A stretch of DNA of 63,992 bases, counting the filler, from Basidiobolus ranarum (Eukaryota): the NCBI GenBank assembly GCA_040143965.1. It is 10 parts of 10 records of this genome, joined end to end, with 100 filler letters (N's around TTAATTAATTAA, not from the genome) between each part and the next. Parts side by side here need not be neighbours in the genome. Positions count along the whole stretch, not along the records: positions 6,475 to 12,844 come from JASJQH010001335.1; positions 12,945 to 19,305 come from JASJQH010001336.1; positions 19,406 to 25,760 come from JASJQH010001337.1; 7 more parts are not named here. The stretch is one strand, 5' to 3'. A model generated the notes under the pieces. That model saw nothing but the letters and a program-made list of their open reading frames with translations, did not search any database and had not been told where the DNA came from. How positions within the stretch are numbered: position 1 is the stretch's first letter; each line of letters opens with the position of its first letter. The position numbers were made by a program, and so were the translations under genes. Shown here piece by piece: positions 11,218-23,378 of this stretch.

Positions 11218-11863
11218 AGGTGAATACATGTTTCAAGATCTTGTGTTATGAGGTTGTTCTAATTCTGGTAGGGCCTTTGTCAAAGTTCTGATACTAGTAA
11301 GGTCTTTATCCGAATTCTAATTCATCAAGAGACTAGGAACGTCTGGAATTCTAATATGATGAAGTGGAACCAATGAGTGCCATCAGCATCATTGAATGGG
11401 ATTAATAGTAGGCAAAGTGGAAAGGATAAAAATTACTACTTTCTGTAGCATTAAATATCTGCCATAATGACTACAAATACCTTCACTAATCTTGATATCT
11501 CAGCAGAAGCCTCCCCTGCTATGGGAATATTCTATATATATTCGAATAGCCAACAGTGCCACCAAGTTCCCTTTGATGTCGTAAGTAACTACTGGCATAT
11601 TAGTAGCCATTTAGTGAAAGGTGGTTGTTAAATGCTGTGAATGGATGATGAGTCTGTAAGAGTTCAATCTAAATCGTCTTATCATGACTAAAAAAGGAAA
11701 AAAGTGGACCGCACCGATATGAAAGTGCCACCTTTGCCTAGGCAATTGTTATCAATTGGAAGAATATAAGATGATAACGCTTTCTACTATGGCTATAAAT
11801 AATGCTTTTGCTCCGAGTTTCACCATTCACCTCACTGCTTTTGAAAGCCCATTGCTGATAGCC

Positions 11864-12844
11864 ATGTCTACTTGTGAGAATGCCAATGATAAGGCAACTT
11901 GGAGTGTGAAAAAGAGAATCTGGGATTCCCTTTGCTCACCAGGACGACAGTATGCCGTTCGAGCCGCTGCTCCAACCCAATCAGTAGTTATTGGCAAGTC
12001 AGAAGCTTCTGTTTTCGGGGAGTATTTGCCTGAAAGTATGACCATTTGCGAGAGCAAAAAAACTAAATCGATGGGTTCTCGCTTCTTTGACTCTTTCACA
12101 AGTTTTGCTGGATCACGATTCACCTTTGTGTCCACACTAGCTGTCTTACTTGGATGGGCTATAGCCGGTATTGTACTAGGAGCTCCGGCAAATTGGCAGA
12201 TTGCCATTCAGGATGGTGGCTCTATCCAATGTTATATCTCAGACTCACTCTTGATGCGTCAACAACATAATCAATGCAATAAGCTACTAACAATTATCGC
12301 CCAGCTACGTTCCAGAAATATAACATACAAAAGAATACTGCGCAATCCGCAAATAGTTCAGAAGATTCATGATTTGAAGATAAATCTTCAGAATCTTCAA
12401 ACACTGGAGGACAACATTGACGACGCAGTAAAATTACCTTTAGAAAACTGGTTTGACAAACTCTGCAATTGGGTCTCTCTTCTCGTTGGTTCCATCTATT
12501 CTATTGTGTTCTACTGGGTGGGTATATTCGTATGGATTGGTACAGGTCCCTCACTTCAATGGAGTAACATGTGGCAGCTCTATATTAACACTGCCTCGGC
12601 CATTCAACTCACTTTCTGTTCCATGTTCCTACAACACACCCGACGCATACATATGGAGTACTTCGAAAAGTGCCTCACTTCAGTTATGGAAGCTGACCGT
12701 GAGCTAGAAACTCTATTACGCCAGACAACCGGAGACAGCGAGCTCAATCCTATGATTGAGATTCAACCACTTAAGATTGGATCTGGTGTAAGAGCCATCG
12801 ATTACTACGCGGACCTCGTTGGCTCTGGAGTCGGTGCATTCATT
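11864..12844 (+). CDS. FET4: Low-affinity iron/zinc permease (Fet4 family), 3' partial
   Basis: Repeated Iron_permease units: FD..TSFAGS, WQIAIQDGGSIQCYISDSLLMRQQ, WQLYINTA, AIDYYADLVGS. Likely ATG at 11864. Runs into the linker. Confidence 0.85.
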
Positions 12845-13458
12845 NNNNNNNNNNNNNNNNNNNNNNNNNNNNNNNNNNNNNNNNNNNNTTAATTAATTAA
12901 NNNNNNNNNNNNNNNNNNNNNNNNNNNNNNNNNNNNNNNNNNNNAATAGCTTAAATCAACGTGTTGAAGGAATTGGCAGAACACTTACCTCAACAAAAAT
13001 AGGTATTCGTCACAACAAAAACGCCTTAATCGGACTAAGTAGGGCAGCAGCTGGACTCAATCGACAAGTAGCCTCCTTGGAAGATAGAATAGATGGATTA
13101 GAGACTGATCAGGATGATGAACATAGCAGTGGAGGATTTGGTTCTACTCGTTCACGTTATCGTAATAAGCATTCGGGGGCGTACTGAAGAGAATCTAATA
13201 GAGTTCATATCATATGTTGACGTTTCGAAGATTTTATTTTTAGCTTCATATTATTACACTAACAACATTCTTTCGGCTTTGCTTCTGTGCTATTTGATTC
13301 TTATAAACTCGATGGAGAATAAAAGACTGAGCATCTATTTGGATGGGCGTACAATAATTCTTCGGTTAGAGAGTGACTTCCTTTATCAATTATGCTTGCC
13401 ATTGAATTATTTTGGAATGTTTACTTTGTATGCAATCGGAAATATTGTCAGATGGGAT

Positions 13459-14450
13459 TCAATGGGATGGGGATTGGGTTGGTTTGTACTCTAATGAATT
13501 CCACGGATCCACTATATTAGAAGTTAGATTTGCCTGTGTTGGATAATCTGTTCTTGCATCCGTTTCAAAAAATTCTGCAGGTGCTCTAACGACGTTATTA
13601 CGGTTACGAACTTTCTCTGTGTTACGGAACTGTTCCACAGTCAGTTTCGATGAGACAATCCCTAGCACAAACCATTCCATTAATTTTGGTATGATGGTAA
13701 AGCAAACGCGGATATGAATTGTGACTTACATGATACAGCAAACAGGGTAGGCGATCGGGTACCTAGTACACTTGTAATGGTTAGGGTAACTATTAAAACA
13801 CTTGATGTTGAGGTGAAGATGGAGAATAACGTTCCATCCTTCAAGAGCGTGATGAACAGGTCGGATTTGTTAAACTTGTAGGAGTGGTATATGTTTCTCA
13901 AGAAACAAAGAGTAAGATAGAAATTGAGAATGTTATCAGATATAATTAGTAAGATGATCGAAAGACTCTCGACTTGTACTGAGCATGACTTCAGTGCGGG
14001 CGCTTCTTCGTATAGACGTAGAACTGCATTGTCCGATACTCTGATTGTAACCAGATTCCATATTGAACAGGCGAAGCTCAACGTCAACATCCCAACCCCC
14101 GGCAATAGAACCGATCTCGCCCGATTGTTGCAATAGTACGCTTTCAGAAGTAGAATCACCTCAATACAAACGAAGGAAAACATGTACAGACAAGCAGAAG
14201 TATAGATCCTGAAATGGCACATGAAGTCCAGAGTGAAATCCAATACTACATTAATCAATGTACAAAAGGCACCCATGCTAGCTTGAGCAAGGCATAACAA
14301 GTAAATCGACTGGCGATTACGTCGATATAGACATATGGAGTGATAGAGGTTGCTCAAGAAAACCACCATCGTCATAGCTACTAGTGAAGTACTAATTTTC
14401 TGGTAGAGGATCTCATCTCGCTCTCCTTTGGTGGTCATTGAATGTTCCAT
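13459..14450 (-). CDS. Orphan 7-TM GPCR-like membrane protein (exons 14450-13730 and 13661-13459)
   Basis: Seven hydrophobic segments. The GT-AG intron 13729-13662 restores TM7 (LFAVS-W-IVSSKLT). Cys at the top of TM3 and in ECL2. Confidence 0.7.
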
Positions 14451-15309
14451 TAGCTTAAATGGCAATAGGATAGGTCCGTGATAAATCCCCAGTACAGACC
14501 AGAGATTATATACCAATGGCGAGATGCGCGATTGACAACGGGCTAAATAAATCGATAGAAATGGCTTGACGAACTTGCATATTCAAAGGTAAAAGTCCCG
14601 ATTTTCATGGTATAAGCCTAATTTACATTAGTGCCGTCCATATTACCGGGCATAATGCATAACCTTGGCAAGTAAAATTATCAAAAATACCAGGTTTCTA
14701 GAGTTTCCCTATGCCGTCATTATATTCCAAAATAACATGCTTTAATTCTTGTTTGAACAAAAGTGAATTGAAAACGCTATGCTAACAACTGAATACCCAT
14801 GCAGCTCTCGTTACCAACGCCAATACAAAGTTTAGGGGCAATCCTTAAGCCATATATATCAACAGACGACTCACAACACTCCCACCTCCCCCAAGACATT
14901 GGGTGATACAGACGTATCCAAGCATTGTCCTCGAGTTAATTTAAGCTTAAATTGGATTTGCGCTCCTAAACCGGCACGTTTATTCTATTCTGTTCAACCT
15001 TGATTCAGTTTTCTAGAGTAATCATGTGTTGCTATATCTCTAAAACGGCGCCGTTTGTGAATTCATGCGATTCCAGCAGAATGTTTTCAATATTTGTACG
15101 TGTGCTGCTCGAAAGGGCCGAAAATCATTAGGGTTTCACAACAGTGTGATGGAGTGCGAGGACTTTAACATCAATGAATAAATGAGTGTTGTTTTATGTG
15201 TGGTTTTGAAATAGAATGGGTCAATATTTTGTAGAGGTTGAATAGGGGAGGCATGCAAACTTGAGATATTTACAATCATCATGGTTGGGTTAAATACAGG
15301 TAAAGCACG

Positions 15310-17160
15310 TTAATTCGATCTTTTCTGCTGGTCAATCCTTCGTTTGATATCGGTGTGTTCCAATGCTAACCATTCATCTACCTCACGAACAAGATCGTTC
15401 ATTTTGGCAAGCTTCAATTGCGTTTGCAAAGTACTAATGGTTTTCATTGATGGTCGAGTTTTCATTTCTTTAGTGAGAACCCTAGTGGCTTCCGAATACT
15501 GGCCAAAACTACAGAGAGCGTGCAAGTATGAACCGTATACATTATCATCTATTGGGTATTTCTGATTCATTTCCTTCCAAGTAGTCTGGAGGTCTTCAAG
15601 ACTCGAATTGTACCTTATTGAGTCCAGCAGAACTGATATGTGAGGGGAGACCAAAGAAACATGGGATTTACATGCTGAGATTGCTTCCCATAGCTCGCGC
15701 ACTTTTAGATGGTTCCCAAGTCGACTGTAAGAATCCATCAAAATCGTATACATAGGCAGGTCTGGCTCAATATTACGCTTACGCATTTGCTCGTAAAATT
15801 CCAATCCTTTTTGAACTTGTCCATTTTTGATATATCCATCCATCATTAGATTGTAGATCTCAAGGTTGTATTCTAAACCAAGGTTTGGGATCGACTTGAA
15901 TAGATCTTCGGCTTCTGGTAACTTCCCTGAAAGTTTATATGCCTTAATGAGAGCCCCTACGACCGGAATATCCGGTTGGACTTTACAAGAAATCATATCG
16001 TCATAAATCTGACGTGCTCCTTCTGGATCAAAGCATTCAGCATGTGCATTTATTAGCTTCGTGAACAAAGACTTGGTCGGTATGATATCGGTTTGCTTCA
16101 TTTCCTTATAGCAGGACATGGCTTTCTCCAAGTTCAAGTCGTCCAGCAAAGCAGAAATAAACGTGGTCCAAGTGAAGAGATTTGGTTGAATGCCATTAGC
16201 CAGCATTTGAAAGAATACTTCTTCAGCCATATTCAAACGCTTACGCTTTACGAATGCCTGTAAAAGAGTTGTGTAAGTAATTACATTGGGACTCACTCCT
16301 CGCTCTAGCATTGTCCGATAAAGCTGGGTCGCTTTCCGTAGGTTGCCATGTTTGGAATAAGCGTGAATTAAAGTGGAGTAAGTGAAAACATCCGGGAAAA
16401 CATTGGCTTTGATCATCTCTTTAAAAAACTCTTCAACTTTGTCCAGTTTTCTCACTTTGGCATTCGCGTCAATTAAGCTATTATAAATCTTTAGATCGGG
16501 CGTGAACCCTTCGGATAGCATCTCATCATAGATTCGGTTTAAGTAATCCAAATCTTTATGTATCTTACACACCTTGAGTAATATATTGTAGGTCTTGATA
16601 TCTCTTGGTATATCGTGTTCTCTCATAAATTCTAGCATACTGTAAGCTTCTCGAGGTCCTTGTTTTCGTAAGGTATTGATAATCAAGTTGCAAGCGAATG
16701 TGTCAGGCTTCAAGTTTTTCTCCAACATATCTTCCAACACCAACCGAACCTTTTCGTAAGGTTCACACAACCCCAACACGGATAATACTGGGGTAAATTC
16801 TTGGAGAGTATAAAACTCTGCTTTCACACGACTAATGGAGGCGAGGATTTCTTGACATTTAGAGAGGTCAGGCTCTATCCCGCTAACACTTTTGTTAAAA
16901 GTACGAAGTAGTTTCGGCCATAGTTTCGAAGGCATATTTTCTTCCTCTCCAGCTTCTACTATCGTTTTGAATAGCTCCCACGTCTCAGCATTGTCATTCT
17001 TGTTCAAACTCCAAGTTAAACGATCTACTAAACTCACTTGACGTGGAAGTGAAATCCCTTTTTTGGTTGCGAAAAGACGTTTGGTATCAAATGAATTTTT
17101 GTAAGGGAATCTTAGAGGTAACTGTCTGGCTACCTTGAAACTTTGGACAAAACCAAACAT
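15310..17160 (-). CDS. Pentatricopeptide repeat (P-type PPR) protein, probably mitochondrial, 616 aa
   Basis: Tandem 35-aa repeats (PDVFTYSTLIHAYSKHG, PNVITYTTLLQAF, PDLPMYTILMDSY). Basic, acid-poor N-terminal presequence. Confidence 0.92.
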   Translation of the reverse strand: MFGFVQSFKVARQLPLRFPYKNSFDTKRLFATKKGISLPRQVSLVDRLTWSLNKNDNAETWELFKTIVEAGEEENMPSKLWPKLLRTFNKSVSGIEPDLSKCQEILASISRVKAEFYTLQEFTPVLSVLGLCEPYEKVRLVLEDMLEKNLKPDTFACNLIINTLRKQGPREAYSMLEFMREHDIPRDIKTYNILLKVCKIHKDLDYLNRIYDEMLSEGFTPDLKIYNSLIDANAKVRKLDKVEEFFKEMIKANVFPDVFTYSTLIHAYSKHGNLRKATQLYRTMLERGVSPNVITYTTLLQAFVKRKRLNMAEEVFFQMLANGIQPNLFTWTTFISALLDDLNLEKAMSCYKEMKQTDIIPTKSLFTKLINAHAECFDPEGARQIYDDMISCKVQPDIPVVGALIKAYKLSGKLPEAEDLFKSIPNLGLEYNLEIYNLMMDGYIKNGQVQKGLEFYEQMRKRNIEPDLPMYTILMDSYSRLGNHLKVRELWEAISACKSHVSLVSPHISVLLDSIRYNSSLEDLQTTWKEMNQKYPIDDNVYGSYLHALCSFGQYSEATRVLTKEMKTRPSMKTISTLQTQLKLAKMNDLVREVDEWLALEHTDIKRRIDQQKRSN

Positions 17161-17733
17161 GGCAAGGACTGATTAGGTAGTATAAAAAACCAAGATATAG
17201 TGGGCAGATATCAAGGACAGTGAAATATTGATAGCCACCAAATTTTTGAAAGTATTACACCCTAAAAGAAAAGAAAATTTTTGATATATATTTGCAAACC
17301 GAAATATACGAGCTTATGTAATAATTTTCTCTTCGATGTTTACTGTGAATACACATATAACAAAAAATGGAGTCAGAACATGGAGATTTTATTGAAACTC
17401 CTAGTCACGGTCCATTGGTCTTCTTGGGGCTTGATAGCTATCTCTCTGGCAGTATGTCCATTAGATATATTACCATTGATTTTTCTATTAGCCTTGATTA
17501 TTTATTCAGACCATTTGTATACTACAAGATTGGAATGCAACGAAAGTATTAGAAAAAGAATAAACAGCCAACTCAAAACTCTTTTCTATCTAGGAACCAT
17601 TGATTGTGTGTGGCTAACGTGTGTCGTGGCATTTTCTTCTGATAACTTGGTGGTAATGAGAAATATATAATAGATTACATAGGTGTATTTTGATAGATAT
17701 CTACTCCGACAAATTTGAAACGTATTAATAAAA

Positions 17734-19305
17734 TTACAAGAAATTCACACGTGCTTCATTGTGACCATCTCTATTTAATCCGGGCTTTACTGACTGTACC
17801 AAACCCTCCTTTGACGATGTTACTGCTTGGTTCAGAGAGCGATCGTTTTCTGACGTTACATCAGAAGGCTTATGTTCAATGTTGGCAAGTTTGACTAATC
17901 CAGCCAAGGTTTGTTCATAACTATCTAGTAAAAACACATCTAGCTTAGGGCTGATGGTTAAATTCTTCGTGCAACCTTCCTCCTCTGCTATACAATCTCG
18001 AGAAGAAATGTTCCACTCAATAGTTCTAGTTCTAGGCACTTCGAGAATCGGCGCAAGTCGTGAGCTATCTTGGACAATCAAAGGATCAAGTCCTATTTTC
18101 ATATGCTCGTCAAATAATTGTGCGACACGAACAAGTTCCTTTACTGCCGATTCCATAGAATTTACGTCCTCTTCATGAGAATCATTTACTGGCTCAGCTG
18201 CAATACGAACGATTTGCATACCACGTCTAAATTTTCTCTTCTTTTTGGCAGTGCGAAGCTCAACTCTGCCAATATGCTGAGACCAGTTTTCGATGACAAT
18301 CGATACCAAATATGTCATTGTACCAACTCCTAAGAACACATACACAATGAATATCGGTGCTCCGACTGGGCTTATGGGTATAACATCGCCATAACCTAGA
18401 ACATACTTGGGGTGTGAGAAAGGAAAATAATTGATAATTCAACATGAACTGTGAAATTACGAACCGATAGTTGTAAAAGCTACAAAGCAAAAATAAAGTG
18501 CTTTTATGTAACTCCAGCCTTCTGTTATACAAAAAATGGCAGCTCCTAGAATCCTAAAATACGCATGTGTCGCTTAGTTGAATTGTTTTTGATGAACCAT
18601 CGAGTATCATACTTACCAAAATAGAACTGCTGAACAAGTTGCGAAAAATAACTGCTTCTTCATTTCATTCTCTTTCTCCTCAATTAACTTTCTACCGAGA
18701 TCATCCCAGGTTTGATATCTTTTTAAAGATAAAATAGTTGTTTCGGCATTAATACCTAGATTTTGCGTTTGTAGAATATCCTCTCTTCCTCTCTCCAGAC
18801 TCTTCGCAAACTTCATTAAAGATTTGTAGTGAATCATTTCAGATACGGAGACGTTGATCCCGGCAAACATAAATCCCATTGCCATAATTCCAAGTGTAGC
18901 ATAAAAAAAAATGAAGATTCTGCCACTCAATGTTTTTGGTACATATGAACCAAATCCGATAGTAGCCAAAGTTTCTGTTATAGCACGGTTAATTAGTTAA
19001 AAAGTAAATGGTTTTTCTTTTTTAAATTTTGTTTCCTACCTAAACAAAAGAAGAGGGCAGATGTGTAAGGCCAACCTTCAATCAAACTATACACAATTGA
19101 TCCCAGACCAGCCCAACAAGCGGCAACCATAATGACTACAATCAAGATACGTGCGCGGTGACTTAGACCACACCCTGAAAGCAAAAATAATATGTAAAAA
19201 TCACGCCCACGTGAAGTATAAATGAATCAGGGGAAACTACTGCTCTTACCACACTTCTCATAATCCTCAGTACGCTTCAAATCGTAAACAAATATTCCAA
19301 AGACG
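17734..19305 (-). CDS. TOK1: Two-pore-domain K+ channel, TOK1-like, 5' partial, multi-exon
   Basis: Two selectivity filters, ATIGFG and TTIG|YGD (split by an intron), plus a G.GLS.R.RIL linker motif. Several GT-AG introns. Confidence 0.8.
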
Positions 19306-20780
19306 NNNNNNNNNNNNNNNNNNNNNNNNNNNNNNNNNNNNNNNNNNNNTTAATTAATTAANNNNNNNNNNNNNNNNNNNNNNNNNNNNNNNNNNNNNNN
19401 NNNNNAATCAATTCGAAATGCAAAAGAGTATTGATGGATATTTTAATCGCTTCACCTAGCTTGTTAAAAAATCTTGAAGAGGAGCAATATTACTACTTTC
19501 ATTTTCCTATGGACATTTATATTGAGGGTAGCTATCTTGACTTTTACTTGGATCTTCTAAAAGATAATCATGAGAGTTGACAATGTCCGGAATAAACTTT
19601 AGCGAGGCTTCACCTATGATCCTAGATCCCAAGACATGAACTTTCTCTGTTGTATATGTGGTTTTCTTCACAAATAAACTCCCTAGAATGATAGGTAGTT
19701 ACTCGTTCCAAATACGAAGTTTTGTCCGCAAATGTATTTCCTCCATTGCAACTATTATTTCTTTACTCTTGAAGAGAATCCACCAAGTTATCCAAAAACT
19801 TCACCAAACAGGACCTCAAGAGAACTATTCACGCAGTTCCGAAGAGCGGGCATATTAACAACTATGAATATGACTAGATATTGTTGATTTCAAATAGGTG
19901 CTCTTGTACAAACCACCACTTTTTTTTGACGACTAGATGGCTACTTTTATTATTTTCAGTGTCAATCAGCCGCTGAAACCATACGTACATCATCCTAATC
20001 TATGTTTTTGATAGTATCAGGCTAGTTGACATATGGCTGAGATTCAACCACTGAGTCTCTGTTTCGACTTACTGAATGAAGTATACGTGATCTCGTACTT
20101 CATTATGGAGTTCGCTTATCTTGACTCGTCACCTGATATTCCAATGGAATATATTTCTTAACCAAATAAATAGGTAAACTTGTATAATAATCAGCAGTGA
20201 CATAGCCGCAGTCAGATGACATATTTCACGCTGTCAAGGTTTACAATAAACGTGCGTAGGAGTAGCACAATACAATCCAAACCAATAACCCTAACCCTAA
20301 TCCTGGCCCCACCAAGTAGCATTCAAAGGTATCTGATTCTCAGAATGGTGGATCGAGTAACTCTAACAGAGAGGGCGCAGTCTATATGCGCTTAAACTTT
20401 GTTAGCGTGGTGTCTTTTCCCAGCCAATAACCACATTGCTTACACAAATAAGTGATGGGAAAGCGACATATACAATGGGATTTAATATTCGATTGTCTGG
20501 TTCCAAGTTGAGCCTGATTGAGCTTGTTTCAACAATTTAACTTTTTTGCCCTTCAATGATGACACAACTCTACTATTTGTTTCTGTTGATCTGTTACCTA
20601 GGGAGATGGGTTTTGGGTGCGCATTCAATCTATCAATACGTTGCTCATTGGGTCATACCACTGTGATACACAGCCAATGACTATGTAGGCTTATGGAGGG
20701 AGTTTGCGGATAAATAGTGGGGAGTAAACTTAAGTGAGGGCGTTTGAAATACCTTTTACTTTTTCGTCGACTCGGAGTAT

Positions 20781-22154
20781 ATGAGGGATGTAAAATCCTT
20801 GATCGTTTATATTGTAATAGCAGTTTGGTCTTTACAGTCGCTGGTCACATCAGCATTGTACTGGTGTCGGCGAGAGAAAGACTGTATTAAGTATCGATCA
20901 CCTGGATTTACAATTGTAGCTGTTTTCACCGCGTACATCCTGGTGTGCATCAGCGTACTTCCGTGGGCGGATGATGGTTTAATACCATGCTTTATTCGCC
21001 TTTGGATAACGAGCTTAGCTTACCCTGTCATGTATTTGTCAGCAACCGCTCGAGCGCTTCGATTGCTGTGCTTCTACCGTATAAGTGAAGCGAAGCTAGC
21101 CACACAAAATTCATTTGCTGTCACTAACTCCCCAACAACCACACTAACACATACCTCCAAAAAACCTTCTAGCCAACTCTCAGTCATTGAACTGAGTGGC
21201 GTAAACCTACCATCTCAATCACCCAGCCCACTGTATCATGAAACCTTGGCTAATAACTGGTACTATCGAAACCGCCGCCTCTTTTCTGTGGTTTTCTACA
21301 CGCAAATATGTTGTGCTATTGTATTTATTCACATTGTAGTTTTAATTGTTATTCAATGCTACACGACCAAGTTCTCCATTCATCCAGTAATGGCAAGCAG
21401 TAACTGCACTGTGGGCTGGGAGTGGCTTCCTCACAGACTGTACATAGTGGTCTATGCAGTAGCTGTCAGCCCGTTCATACTTTTCAAACTGCGGGGTATT
21501 CACGATGCTTATGGAATTCGAGAGGAGCTGATAGCCTTGACAATCATCAACAGTGTCTTCGATCTAGTTTTCCTCATTTTGTTCACACTGAATGCTTTTG
21601 GTGACATTGATCCTGACTTCTACGGACTTCTCTTCATCATTGTCCCCATCTCTCTTATCCACTGCTTCTTGATCATTCGACCACTCTGCGAATCCTATGG
21701 GTTCTTTTTCTCTAGATTCCGAATCAAACGGAATAGCTTACACAAGAGCTTGCAGTTCACCCCTGAATGCTTCGAAAAAATTCTTCGTGATTCGTTGTTG
21801 TTGGAGCAGTTTAAATCTTTCGCTGCAAAGGACTTCACAGTTGAGAACGTTCTTTTCTACGAGAGGTGTCAGGCAATATCACGACATGAAACTGATTCAG
21901 TGAAGATAGAACAAGAGCTCCACGAGACATATACCACCTTTATCGAGCCCAACGCTGAGCTTATGGTCAATTTGGATTGGGATACGTTTTCGAAGATCAA
22001 GGCGGATGTCAGCGTTGAGAAATTCTATCCCGACATGTTCAACGAGGCACAGGCCGAAATCAAAGATTTGATGTTCTGCAACACGTTCCCCAGATTTCTC
22101 GAATACATCAAGTGCAACAAATCTCATTGGGTGACCGACTCTTGCATGGCATAA
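20781..22154 (+). CDS. 7-TM protein with C-terminal RGS domain (GprK/AtRGS1-like architecture), 457 aa
   Basis: IKYRSP, PCFIRLW and DAYGIREEL motifs in the TM part. RGS box FKSFAAKDFTVENVLFY...FIEPNAELMVNL...NTFPRFL. Confidence 0.9.
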   Translation: MRDVKSLIVYIVIAVWSLQSLVTSALYWCRREKDCIKYRSPGFTIVAVFTAYILVCISVLPWADDGLIPCFIRLWITSLAYPVMYLSATARALRLLCFYRISEAKLATQNSFAVTNSPTTTLTHTSKKPSSQLSVIELSGVNLPSQSPSPLYHETLANNWYYRNRRLFSVVFYTQICCAIVFIHIVVLIVIQCYTTKFSIHPVMASSNCTVGWEWLPHRLYIVVYAVAVSPFILFKLRGIHDAYGIREELIALTIINSVFDLVFLILFTLNAFGDIDPDFYGLLFIIVPISLIHCFLIIRPLCESYGFFFSRFRIKRNSLHKSLQFTPECFEKILRDSLLLEQFKSFAAKDFTVENVLFYERCQAISRHETDSVKIEQELHETYTTFIEPNAELMVNLDWDTFSKIKADVSVEKFYPDMFNEAQAEIKDLMFCNTFPRFLEYIKCNKSHWVTDSCMA

Positions 22155-23378
22155 TAGATGATCGGGGGCTTATATACCATTTCCGTCCCATTCCTAACTG
22201 TCAGTCCTCTTCCCCACTCAGAGGATGTATATCAACTAGAATCACCGCTGCATCACGCCACACCGCTCTGTACTGCACCACACCCAGCCATTTTGACATT
22301 TTGTTACTGTTTATTACTTTCATGTGTTTATTTTTCTAGATATTTCTCAATACACTTATTTAACCCTACCCGTACCCGCACTCACACCGCATGAACCTGC
22401 ATTAGCTCACACTACAAGAGAATAAATCATTTGCACCTCTGAAACGCTAGATCACAAGCATTATGCAACGTGACCTAACTAGAAGTCAGTCTTAGGAACA
22501 TAATGGTATACAAATCACTCAGAAGTTACCAAATTTACGAGATCTATGTCAGGTGGAGATCCATTCGATCCATGGCATGGCGTCCCATCCCATCGCATCC
22601 AAACCTGGCCTATTCCTTTGTAATGACATGACACATCCAAGACGGTTTCATAAACACTCGACCAACATTGGTGGATACGCTCTATGTCACAGTAAGTGGA
22701 GCCTCAGATCACAAATGGTGGATTGGAATGATCGTTATAATAGCGATAGATATATATGATGGCTCGAATTCTATCCCTCTGGATTTTTCATCTGGATTCG
22801 TATCCTTGGATCATAAGGTAACTTGAGTGGCCTTGATATTACTTGGATGGCCTGGAACTATTTCCATTCTATGTCGAGAACATGGTAATTGTCTTGCATA
22901 TTCGCTAGATTGTAGCTTGAAATTCATAGATTAGGTTGTGTAGTCATGCCCATTGTGTACGTCATCAGATAGTCTACTTCTGCTTAGGTAATTGCCACAT
23001 TGCTTGAGTAAGTTACTCAACCTTGTTTGCTACTCGTAAAAAGTAGAGAAAAGGCGACAACTCGAAATACAGGAAAATTCAAAGTAGTATTCTAAACAAT
23101 TGGTCCGCTCCACTCATATCTGTTGGAAAACATACTGGATAGAGTGATGGATTATGACATACCAGATGACATTGAATCCTTCATAGCCGATACCAATTTC
23201 ATCAGCTTTTCACAACACTCACTGTGTATTGCTTGGAACAAGTAAGGAACCGAGTGGGATCAATCTAATCTGATTGGTGGATACTTGATTTGTTTTTCAA
23301 TTGAACGATATGATTTTAACAACGATTTAGTCAACTTAAACCATTCACTTACGCCCAGTTAAAGTGGGCCAGTTTTCA

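Noticed and set aside
20286-20300. Telomere-like TAACCCTAACCCTAA
   Set aside because: Only about 2.5 units and internal to a contig. Too short to call a telomere.
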